DNA of 64,000 bases from Candidatus Thiovulum karukerense (GTDB lineage Bacteria; Campylobacterota; Campylobacteria; Campylobacterales; Thiovulaceae). A model generated the notes under the pieces. That model was not told the DNA's origin, did not search any database, and worked only from the letters and a program-made list of their open reading frames with translations. A program made the position numbers and the translations under genes. Positions 56,116-64,000 of the stretch are shown in pieces (the stretch's first letter is position 1; each line of letters opens with the position of its first letter). The DNA is taken from positions 1,569 to 65,568 of the forward strand of contig JAMJTX010000134.1 in NCBI GenBank assembly GCA_024281215.1, read 5' to 3'.

Positions 56116-57618
56116 ATGTCATATATTATAGAAGAGGTTTTACAAGAGGAGCTTAGCGGAGCTAAGATAAAGGTCATCGGAGTCGGTGGTGGTGGTGGAA
56201 ATATGATCAACCACATGATTCAGAATGGTGTCCAAGATATTGAGATGATTGTTGCAAATACAGATGCACAAGTTCTTGAGAGGTCGCTCTGTCCAAATAG
56301 AATTCAACTTGGTGCGAAGCTTACAAAAGGTCTTGGTGCCGGAATGGTTCCTGAGATTGGGAAAGAGTCAGCTATCGAGAATGCAGAAGAGATTCGAGAG
56401 TATCTTGATGGGGCTGATATTGTCTTTATCGCTGCTGGACTTGGTGGAGGAACAGGAACAGGTGCTTCACCAGTCATTGCACAGATAGCACGAGAGGCTG
56501 GAGCTTTAACTATCTCTGTCGTAACAAAACCTTTTATGTTTGAGGGTGGAAAACGGGATAAGTTAGCTAGAGCTGGTCTTGAAGAGCTTAAAAAAGAGAG
56601 TGACTCTATTGTTGTTATACCTAATGATAAGCTTCTCTCAATTGTTGATAAAGGTCTTGGTCTAAAAGAGAGCTTTAAAATTGTTGATGAGGTTCTTGCT
56701 CGTGCTGTAACAGGAACAAGTGGAATCATTCTTGCAAGTGGAGATCAAGATATTAACCTTGACTTTGCTGACTTGAGAACAGTTATGAGTTATAGAGGTC
56801 TTGCTCTTATGGGTATGGGACAAGCTGAGGGTGAGAAGTCAGCTTATGAGGCTATCAAAAATGCTATTGAATCACCTCTTCTTGATGATGTATCCATTCA
56901 TGGAGCTATGGGGATTCTTGTACATTTCAATATCCACCCTAACTATCCACTTATTGAGCTTACGAGTGCAATGGAGGTGGTTAAAGAGAATGCTGATAGT
57001 GATGCGACTATCATTATGGGTACAACAACTGATGAGACTCTACCAGAAGACTTTGTTAAGATAACTCTTATTGCAACAGGCTTTGAAAAAGCTGAAGAGG
57101 AGAAGAAAAAAATCACTACAAAAGAGAGTGATGGTACTAACCTCAATATTATGCAGAGAAGAATCCAAAAGCCAGAAGCTTCTCAACAACCAGCTTCAAA
57201 GGGGCAACAACCATCTGCACAGCCAAAACCACAGCAACCACAAGTCGATGAAAAACCTCAGTTTCAACCTCAACAGCAGAGCCAAGCTCAAACAAATCAG
57301 TTTCAACAACCTGCTCAACCTGAATTTGAAGAGCAACCTGCACACTCATATCAGCAACAGGGTGGATTTGGAAGTCAGAGTAGTTTCGGGAGTCAGAGAC
57401 CACAGGCTAGACCTCAAAACTTTGGACAACAGCAACATAATGGGTTTGGAAATAGTTTTGGTGGAAACCAACATAGCAGATCTCAAGGCTTTGGGCAACA
57501 GAGTGGATTTGGAGATGCTCCAAAGAGACCGAGTTATACAAAACAGGATAAAAATCAACACATCAGTGAAGAGTATTTAGATGTACCAACTTGGTTGAGA
57601 CAACGAGGAAACAAGTAA
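56116..57618 (+). CDS. ftsZ: Cell division protein FtsZ with long Q-rich linker
   Basis: GVGGGGGNMINHM, NTDAQVL, GLGGGTGTGASPVIA, and conserved C-terminal peptide YLDVPTWLR. Confidence 0.95.
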   Translation: MSYIIEEVLQEELSGAKIKVIGVGGGGGNMINHMIQNGVQDIEMIVANTDAQVLERSLCPNRIQLGAKLTKGLGAGMVPEIGKESAIENAEEIREYLDGADIVFIAAGLGGGTGTGASPVIAQIAREAGALTISVVTKPFMFEGGKRDKLARAGLEELKKESDSIVVIPNDKLLSIVDKGLGLKESFKIVDEVLARAVTGTSGIILASGDQDINLDFADLRTVMSYRGLALMGMGQAEGEKSAYEAIKNAIESPLLDDVSIHGAMGILVHFNIHPNYPLIELTSAMEVVKENADSDATIIMGTTTDETLPEDFVKITLIATGFEKAEEEKKKITTKESDGTNLNIMQRRIQKPEASQQPASKGQQPSAQPKPQQPQVDEKPQFQPQQQSQAQTNQFQQPAQPEFEEQPAHSYQQQGGFGSQSSFGSQRPQARPQNFGQQQHNGFGNSFGGNQHSRSQGFGQQSGFGDAPKRPSYTKQDKNQHISEEYLDVPTWLRQRGNK

Positions 57619-57621
57619 AAC

Positions 57622-58161
57622 TTGCTCCAAATATTTAAAAAGATATTGAAAGGATTAGGATTGAGAGGCGAACTTAAAAATTATAATTTATCAGAAGATG
57701 AGATTAAAAAATTAAACTATGTAAAGATGACAACATCAAAAGGTGTTATTTGGCTAAAACTATTTAACGATGAAGTTCCAAACACTGTTGCAAATTTTTC
57801 ACACCTTATTGGAGAAGGATTCTACAATGGACTTAACTTTCACCGAGTTATAGCTGGTTTTATGGCTCAAGGTGGTTGTCCAACAGGAACAGGGACAGGT
57901 GGTCCTGGTTGGAGGATTCCGTGCGAAACAGCTCTTAATACTCATACACATAAGAGAGGAACTCTATCAATGGCTCATGCCGGACCAAATACAGGTGGAA
58001 GTCAATTCTTTATCTGTTTTGTAGATTGTCCTCATCTTAATGGTGTTCATACAGTTTTTGGAGCGATTGAAGATAGCGATTCAGCAAGTTTTGAAGTGCT
58101 TGATTCGATTCGACAAAATGATATTATGGAAAAACTAGAAGTTCTAGCAGAGAAAGAGTAA
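57622..58161 (+). CDS. ppiB: Peptidyl-prolyl cis-trans isomerase, cyclophilin type
   Basis: FHRVIAGFMAQGG.P.GTGTGGPG, LSMAHAGPNTGGSQFFI. Start uncertain: TTG at 57622, or ATG at 57727 giving MTTSKGVIWLKL. Confidence 0.85.
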   Translation: MLQIFKKILKGLGLRGELKNYNLSEDEIKKLNYVKMTTSKGVIWLKLFNDEVPNTVANFSHLIGEGFYNGLNFHRVIAGFMAQGGCPTGTGTGGPGWRIPCETALNTHTHKRGTLSMAHAGPNTGGSQFFICFVDCPHLNGVHTVFGAIEDSDSASFEVLDSIRQNDIMEKLEVLAEKE

Positions 58162-58172
58162 GGAGCATAGTA

Positions 58173-59123
58173 TTGATCTCTACTGTTTTTGGACCAATTA
58201 ACTCAAGACGATTTGGAACTTCACTTGGTGTGGATCTCTCTCCAAACTTAAAACAGTGCAATTTTGATTGCCTCTACTGTGAGCTTGGTGGAGAGAGACA
58301 TAGAGTTAATCATCAAGTTGATCCAATCGTTAGTTCAAAAATTTTAGTAGAGATTGAAGACTCTTTAAAAAAATTTAAAGATGTTGATGTTCTCACATTT
58401 ACAGCAAATGGAGAACCAACACTATATTCTGATCTAGACAATCTTATTATTCGTGTAAATCGAATTAAGTCTCAATATGGTATTAAAACACTTATCCTCT
58501 CAAATAGTGGCAATATCTGGTTTCCTGAAATTAAAAAATCTCTTCTAAAGTTTGATAAAGTTAAACTCTCTCTTGATTGTGCAACTGAAGATTGTTTTCA
58601 GAAGATGGATAGACCTATGAAAGGGATTGATGTTGAAGCTATTAAAAATGGTATCCTTGATTTTAGTAGAGAGTATCGGGGAGAACTATATATTGAGATT
58701 CTATTTCTGGAGAATATTAATGCAAATGAGGCTGAAATAGCAGAGTTAAATAGATTTCTCTTAACACTCCCAAAGCTCTTTCGAGTCGATATTGGTACAG
58801 TTGAGAGACCTCCTGCCTATGATGTACAACCTGTAAATTATAGTAAGCTCTTTAGAATTTCACACCTTTTTGATAGCTCTCTTCCTATTTTAATTACTAA
58901 ACATCAAGAGAAAAAAGGGGTTAAGAACCATCTTACAAAGAGTGAACTTCTCCATACTATTAAACTTCGCCCTTTAACCCATTATGATATAGCATCTCTA
59001 TTTGATTTAGCAACTGGTGAAAATCTAAACTTATTGATAGCAGAAAAGATGATAGAGACAAAAGTTGTTGGTGGAATAGAGTTTTATATACCAACACACC
59101 ATATTAAAGATAGAATCTTATAA
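58173..59123 (+). CDS. Radical SAM protein, function unassigned
   Basis: CNFDCLYC (CxxxCxxC) near the N-terminus. 316 aa. TTG start with AAGGAG RBS. Confidence 0.7.
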   Translation: MISTVFGPINSRRFGTSLGVDLSPNLKQCNFDCLYCELGGERHRVNHQVDPIVSSKILVEIEDSLKKFKDVDVLTFTANGEPTLYSDLDNLIIRVNRIKSQYGIKTLILSNSGNIWFPEIKKSLLKFDKVKLSLDCATEDCFQKMDRPMKGIDVEAIKNGILDFSREYRGELYIEILFLENINANEAEIAELNRFLLTLPKLFRVDIGTVERPPAYDVQPVNYSKLFRISHLFDSSLPILITKHQEKKGVKNHLTKSELLHTIKLRPLTHYDIASLFDLATGENLNLLIAEKMIETKVVGGIEFYIPTHHIKDRIL

Positions 59124-59206
59124 CTTATATTTATATAAAAACTTCAAGATACTCTAAGCTATATTAATATAGGATTGAATCTAATTAAAGATTTAGGAGT
59201 TCTATT

Positions 59207-59767
59207 ATGTTTAAGACTACTCTCTTAACCTCTATTCTTGCCCTATCATTGGTGGCTGGTGAATATGTTATCGACTCTTCGCACTCTCAAATTGGTTTCT
59301 CAATTAAGCATATGATGATAAGTAATGTTAAAGGTGAGTTTAAAAACTATGATGGAGACATTGAGTTTGATGAAAAATTGAACAGATTTACCACTCTCTC
59401 AGGTGAGGTAGAGGTAGATTCAATTGATACGGGTATAGAGAAGAGGGATAACCACCTTCGAAGCTCAGACTTCTTTGACTCAAAAAAGTTTCCGACAATC
59501 AACTTCTCTATGATAAAACAGAGTGGAGATATTATTGATGCTGATTTAACTATTCATGGTGTTACAAAAAGAGTTAAATTAGAGGTAGAAATGGGTGGTA
59601 TAGCTCAAGATCCTTGGGGTAATCAAAGAATAGGCTTTTCACTCTATGGTAAAATTAAAAGAAGTGATTTTGGTCTCTCTTGGAATAAAACTATTGAAAC
59701 AGGTGGGTTTCTTGTAGGAGATGATGTTAAGTTAATTATTGATATTGAGGGAATATCAATGGACTAG
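59207..59767 (+). CDS. YceI-family periplasmic protein
   Basis: Signal peptide; Y.IDSSHSQIGFSIKHMMISNVKGEF and F...KFP...F patterns typical of YceI. Confidence 0.8.
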   Translation: MFKTTLLTSILALSLVAGEYVIDSSHSQIGFSIKHMMISNVKGEFKNYDGDIEFDEKLNRFTTLSGEVEVDSIDTGIEKRDNHLRSSDFFDSKKFPTINFSMIKQSGDIIDADLTIHGVTKRVKLEVEMGGIAQDPWGNQRIGFSLYGKIKRSDFGLSWNKTIETGGFLVGDDVKLIIDIEGISMD

Positions 59768-59773
59768 AGAGTA

Positions 59774-59805
59774 GATAACTATCCATATCTCAATGGGTAG
59801 TTATC
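59774..59805. terminator. 12-bp hairpin between convergent yceI-like gene and fabH
   Basis: GATAACTATCCA-N8-TGGGTAGTTATC with one G.U pair. No clear U-run on either strand. Confidence 0.4.
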
Positions 59806-59815
59806 AAAAAGTCTC

Positions 59816-60808
59816 TTATTTTCCAGCAAATGGAATTAAAGCACTACCCCAAGTTAAACCACCGCCAAAGGCGTCAAGAAGCATTAACTCTCCATTTTTG
59901 AGCTTTCCACTCTCATATAGATCATTCATTGCCATCGGAATAGATGCTGATGATGTGTTTCCATATTTATGAACGGTTAAAACAACCTGCTCACTATCAA
60001 GTTTGAGGGCATCGCCAACAGCTTTGATAATTCGGTAGTTTGCTTGATGAGGAATAAAGTGTTTAATATCCTTAGGGTCTATCTCATTCTTTCCAAGAAT
60101 ATCAATTACATCTTTTGTCAGTGTCTTTACAGCTACTTTAAAAGTTGCATTTCCCTGCATTTTCATATAGTGTCTTCGATTCTCAATAGTCTCTAAGCTA
60201 CAAGGTTCAGCACTCCCTCCACCTGGAGTTATAAGATAGTCAGAGTATGAACCATCAGCCCCTGTATGGACATCGATAACTGCATCTTCTTTTTTATCAG
60301 TAGCCCCAATAACAGCAGCACCCGCACCATCTCCAAAGAGAATACAAGTTGTTCTATCTGTGTAATCTACTATCGATGATAGCTTCTCAGCTCCAACTAT
60401 TAGTACATTCTTAAATGAACCAGACTCCACAAATGATTTAGCGATATTGAGAGCATAGATAAAGCCTGTACAGGCAGCACTAATATCAAATGATGTTACG
60501 GGATTAAGACCGAGTTTGTGAGATATTAAGTTTGCTGTTGATGGCATACAGAAGTGGTCAGGAGATATTGTCGCACAAATTACGGCATCAATATCACTCT
60601 TTTGAAGACCAGCTCTTTTGATAGCCAACTCACCAGCTTTAACTCCCATATCACTTGTCAATTCACTATCGTCAGCAATATGTCTCTCTTTGATTCCAGT
60701 CCGTTTGATAATCCACTCATCACTGGTATCAACCATCTTTTCAAGTTCCTCATTTGTCAGAACTTTTTCAGGTATATATGCACCTATTGACTTAAAAGAA
60801 GCGTACAC
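59816..60808 (-). CDS. fabH: 3-oxoacyl-ACP synthase III
   Basis: ISAACTGFIYAL active-site Cys, HQANYRI, GNTSSASIP. GTG start. Confidence 0.95.
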   Translation of the reverse strand: MYASFKSIGAYIPEKVLTNEELEKMVDTSDEWIIKRTGIKERHIADDSELTSDMGVKAGELAIKRAGLQKSDIDAVICATISPDHFCMPSTANLISHKLGLNPVTSFDISAACTGFIYALNIAKSFVESGSFKNVLIVGAEKLSSIVDYTDRTTCILFGDGAGAAVIGATDKKEDAVIDVHTGADGSYSDYLITPGGGSAEPCSLETIENRRHYMKMQGNATFKVAVKTLTKDVIDILGKNEIDPKDIKHFIPHQANYRIIKAVGDALKLDSEQVVLTVHKYGNTSSASIPMAMNDLYESGKLKNGELMLLDAFGGGLTWGSALIPFAGK

Positions 60809-60816
60809 TATTTTTC

Positions 60817-61809
60817 CTATATCTCTATTGTTGTCAGTTTCTGCTCAATCTCTTGCTCTATCTCTGCATTCACATAAGATATAGCTTGAAATATCGCATT
60901 TTTTACAGCTTTGGGATTGCTTTTCCCATGTCCAATAATAGTACAGGCTTTTAGTCCAAGAAGAGGTGCTCCACCATATTCAGCATAATCAATCTCTTTC
61001 TTAAGGAGACGGAAAACTTTTTTCATTAATAAAGCCCCAGCAATGGCAATAGCCGATCTCTTGATTCGCTTTTTAATGAAGTAGCTAATTGTTTCAGCAA
61101 CACCTTCGCTTGTCTTTAGTACAAGATTTCCAACAAACCCATCACAAACAATTACATCAACAGAGCCATCAAAGATATTATTACCTTCAACATTTCCTTT
61201 GAATGATGGTAGGTTTTGCAGAAGCTTAAAACTCTCTTTCGTCAGCTCATTCCCCTTAGAGTCCTCTTCACCATTTGAGAGAAGACCTACTCTAGGAGAT
61301 GGGATATTCAGAATCTTTTTTGCATAGACCTCACCCATTACACCAAACTGAAATAGATTTTCAGCTTTACAATCAACATTTGCACCAACATCAAGAACAA
61401 GAGACCTCTTACCCTCTTTTGTTGGCATAAATGCAGCAATTGCTGGACGACTGATTTTAGAAATCCGTCCAATTCGTAGAGTAGCAAGAGACATTGTTGC
61501 TCCACTATGTCCAGCAGATACAACTGCTCTAGCCTCTCCATCTCGAACTAAATCAACAGCTCTATATATTGAACTATCTTTTCGTTTAAAAACATCAGTA
61601 GCAGAATCTTCCATTGAAATTACATCAGAAGCCTCAACAATCGTTACACGATCGCCTAAGTTCTTTGGAAGATACTTGATGATCTCCTCTCGTTTTCCAA
61701 CAAGGGAGAGTGTAAAATCATCTCTTTCATAAAGTGCATGAACTGCACCAGTTACGATAGGTTCAGCACCAAAGTCACCACCCATCGCATCAAGAGCTAT
61801 ATTAATCAT
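60817..61809 (-). CDS. plsX: Phosphate acyltransferase
   Basis: [26 protein letters not shown]. Confidence 0.95.
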   Translation of the reverse strand: MINIALDAMGGDFGAEPIVTGAVHALYERDDFTLSLVGKREEIIKYLPKNLGDRVTIVEASDVISMEDSATDVFKRKDSSIYRAVDLVRDGEARAVVSAGHSGATMSLATLRIGRISKISRPAIAAFMPTKEGKRSLVLDVGANVDCKAENLFQFGVMGEVYAKKILNIPSPRVGLLSNGEEDSKGNELTKESFKLLQNLPSFKGNVEGNNIFDGSVDVIVCDGFVGNLVLKTSEGVAETISYFIKKRIKRSAIAIAGALLMKKVFRLLKKEIDYAEYGGAPLLGLKACTIIGHGKSNPKAVKNAIFQAISYVNAEIEQEIEQKLTTIEI

Positions 61810-61957
61810 CTAATCTGCTATATTCTCCGTTGCTATCCATTCGGTGTGGCATTCTCCACTCACCATTCTCTTTAATAGGTCTTGCAAGTGTTACTTTATA
61901 GTGTGTTCTTCTTTTTGCAGATCGAGCTTTGCTCACTCTTCTCTTAGGTACTGCCAT
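61802..61957 (-). CDS. rpmF: 50S ribosomal protein L32
   Basis: Absent from the supplied ORF track (51 codons). The reverse strand reads [51 protein letters not shown]. It sits in the conserved yceD-rpmF-plsX context, and its stop overlaps the plsX start (ATGATTAA). Confidence 0.85.
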   Translation of the reverse strand: MAVPKRRVSKARSAKRRTHYKVTLARPIKENGEWRMPHRMDSNGEYSRLDD

Positions 61958-61973
61958 CTAATAATCCTTATAT

Positions 61974-62351
61974 TTAAAATTCTTTATTGTCGATATCTTC
62001 GCACTTTCCACAGTGAAAATAGCTACTGGCAACCAACTCTAGCTCTCCAATAACCACCTCCTCTAGATCGATTGAACCATCAATCGCTTCAATAACATCA
62101 AAATCATCATCAAAGCCGTTATAGACCCCATCGCTAATAAGAAACTCAATCTCCTCATCAATGGGTTCAATAACCTCATCTCCGCAACTATTACAGATAC
62201 TCTTTAATTGACCACTCATTTTAAGATGAGCTAGTAGCATTGTAAGATTTCTCTTTTGAAATCTGAGAGTCGCATCTACGGAGAACTGCTCACTCTCTAT
62301 CTTTATAGGATATTCACTATCGTTAGCTACTCGGCTAAAAGGTATCTTCAT
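61974..62351 (-). CDS. yceD: YceD/DUF177 family protein
   Basis: 125 aa with C..CG......I and a terminal ..HCGKCE Cys pair. Conserved position upstream of rpmF. Confidence 0.7.
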   Translation of the reverse strand: MKIPFSRVANDSEYPIKIESEQFSVDATLRFQKRNLTMLLAHLKMSGQLKSICNSCGDEVIEPIDEEIEFLISDGVYNGFDDDFDVIEAIDGSIDLEEVVIGELELVASSYFHCGKCEDIDNKEF

Positions 62352-62364
62352 ACTGTTTTAGATA

Positions 62365-62784
62365 TTAAAAAATATCTCTCTGTCCAAAGAAGAAAGCGAT
62401 CTCAATCTCTGCATTCTCTGGAGAGTCACTTCCGTGAACAGCATTAGCATCAATACTCTCAGCAAAATCTGCTCTGATTGTTCCCTTTGCTGCATCTTTA
62501 GGGTTTGTAGCTCCCATAATTACTCTATTCTCGATGATAGCATTTTCACCCTCAAGAACCATAACTACAACAGGACCACTTGTCATAAACTCAACTAAAT
62601 CTTTAAAGAAAGGTCTCTCTCTATGAATATCATAAAAGTTACCAGCATCTTCTTCGCTTAGTAGAACTTTTTTCATAGCTGCAATTCTGAGACCTTTACT
62701 CTCAAATCTATCAACTATCTTTCCGATAACACCCTTTGCTACCGCATCAGGCTTAATTATTGATAAAGTTTGTTCAACAGCCAA
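62365..62784 (-). CDS. ndk: Nucleoside diphosphate kinase
   Basis: [18 protein letters not shown] active-site His. TTG start with AAGGAAA RBS. Confidence 0.95.
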   Translation of the reverse strand: MAVEQTLSIIKPDAVAKGVIGKIVDRFESKGLRIAAMKKVLLSEEDAGNFYDIHRERPFFKDLVEFMTSGPVVVMVLEGENAIIENRVIMGATNPKDAAKGTIRADFAESIDANAVHGSDSPENAEIEIAFFFGQRDIF

Positions 62785-62894
62785 ATCTTTTCCTTTATTA
62801 TAAATAAAACAGTTGTCGCAATTATAACAAACTTTTCTATTGAAAAATTTGATTATTAAAGCAAATTTAAGATTTAAAAACTCAAGAAATTTTC

Positions 62895-64000
62895 TTACTT
62901 CTCTGTTCTTTCAAAGAGAAAAGATTTTAACTTAAGAGCTTGTAGAAGCAATCGATAAATTCCATAAATTGGTGCAAACGAGTTTGTTGAGGCTCTATAT
63001 AAAATAGGGAAATAGTTTGGCTTAACTTTTAAAATATTGCCTACTCTTTTGTGAATATGTAGAAAGATTAATAGTGACAATAGAACTATTAGAATCTCAA
63101 CACTATCTCCAAAAAAAATTACTATATAGAATCCAATTGAACCCCATAACCAATCTAAGATATGTAGATATCGTTGCAATATTTTTATTGAAGATGTCCA
63201 AGTAAGCTCTATATATTTAAGAAATATTAGATCCCCAGCAAACCAACGAGAGGTCTGTTTAACTGTTTTAATAAACTCACTAGGAACTGTTGCTGAATCA
63301 AAAAATGGAAGTGGTTCTGCTCGATAATCAGATAGATATAGTTCATATCCAAAGATAAGATCCTCTGTAATAGTCTCTTCATTAAATCGAAACTTACTGA
63401 AAATCTCTTTTTTGACAAAAAGACCATGTCCGACAAGGTATGTAAAGTCACCATTAAGTAGAGATGGTATCTCAAATGATAAAACTCTTCGACTCTGATA
63501 TATTGCTGAACCCTTACCGTAAATACTATTTGTAGAGTAATTTGATATAAACTTTGTTGGCATCTGATAGATATTTGCTGTTCCATATCTCTCAATATAT
63601 TCAAAGACCTTTAGGTCTGGTCGCGAATCAATATCAAAGATAGCTATATAATCAATATCCTCTAATTGAGAGATAGCATAGTTTAGTTGAACAGCTTTAT
63701 AGCCAGAAAGGTTTGGAGAGTTGATAACTTGAAAATTTGATAGATCTTTAACTATCTTTAGACTATTACACCCTGCTTCCATCTCTCGTTCAGTAGTAAT
63801 AAATATAGGCGATAAATTTGACTCTTTCCAAAACTCCAGAGCTTCAGGAAGATGTTTATCTTCGCAATATATTGGAATAATAATAGCTACTCTATTTTCT
63901 TTCTCCTGATAACTCTTAAGAGGAGCTGTTAAAAATTTCTCACTCTGCCATACTCCGTGAAGTTGCTGAAGAACTCTAAAGAGTAGATAGAGTGAGATAG
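62895..64000 (-). CDS. Family 2 glycosyltransferase with C-terminal TM segments (5' end outside window)
   Basis: The frame stays open upstream of the track ATG (63782) to the window edge. Upstream residues ...[19 protein letters not shown] form a GT2 N-terminal motif. DIDSRPD is a DxD-like motif. Confidence 0.6.
   Translation of the reverse strand, partial: ISLYLLFRVLQQLHGVWQSEKFLTAPLKSYQEKENRVAIIIPIYCEDKHLPEALEFWKESNLSPIFITTEREMEAGCNSLKIVKDLSNFQVINSPNLSGYKAVQLNYAISQLEDIDYIAIFDIDSRPDLKVFEYIERYGTANIYQMPTKFISNYSTNSIYGKGSAIYQSRRVLSFEIPSLLNGDFTYLVGHGLFVKKEIFSKFRFNEETITEDLIFGYELYLSDYRAEPLPFFDSATVPSEFIKTVKQTSRWFAGDLIFLKYIELTWTSSIKILQRYLHILDWLWGSIGFYIVIFFGDSVEILIVLLSLLIFLHIHKRVGNILKVKPNYFPILYRASTNSFAPIYGIYRLLLQALKLKSFLFERTEK

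Noticed and set aside
56249-57580. Multiple alternative-frame and antisense ORFs within ftsZ: 56249-56488, 56304-56729, 56801-57064, 56943-57146, 57071-57580, 57149-57403 and 57346-57561.
   Set aside because: FtsZ is unambiguous in its own frame. The others are by-products of the low-complexity Q-rich linker and biased composition.

Overview
This is a visibly AT-rich bacterial chromosomal window. Gene content and order suggest a Campylobacterota (epsilonproteobacterial) genome, though this is an inference and no rRNA or tRNA gene is present to confirm it. Supporting clusters are ndk-yceD-rpmF-plsX-fabH, hemL-carA with a DUF507-like gene, ftsA-ftsZ, trxA-trxB-dapB and feoAB, plus many D/E-x-N-x-S/T sequons in secreted proteins.

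Most of the window is densely packed housekeeping genes: gltX (3' part), nrdB, nadA, pgk, gapA, rsmD, apbC/mrp, lpxB, pepA, pdxJ, hemL, carA, dnaB, trxA/B, dapB, feoAB, trmA, cmoB, rpiB, fabG, ftsA/Z, fabH, plsX, rpmF and ndk.

The non-routine content is:
1. Three self-splicing or homing elements sit in replication and nucleotide-metabolism genes. nrdB carries a group I intron with an HNH endonuclease ORF, and dnaB carries two LAGLIDADG inteins.
2. Several large secreted proteins and lipoproteins contain tandem repeats. One repeat array places a perfect bacterial N-glycosylation sequon in nearly every 12-aa unit.
3. Two families of short intergenic repeats occur, some placing sequence-unrelated hairpins between conserved flanks.
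4. Two unusually long non-coding gaps (about 440 and 470 bp) are unexplained.
5. A single polypeptide fuses two DUF1538 membrane repeats to a PII-like domain.
6. A tight operon combines a ParA-like ATPase, an NSS transporter and a zinc-ribbon membrane protein.

I saw no CRISPR array, rRNA, tRNA, integrase, transposase or recognisable defence system. All family assignments come from motif recognition by eye, not from database searches.
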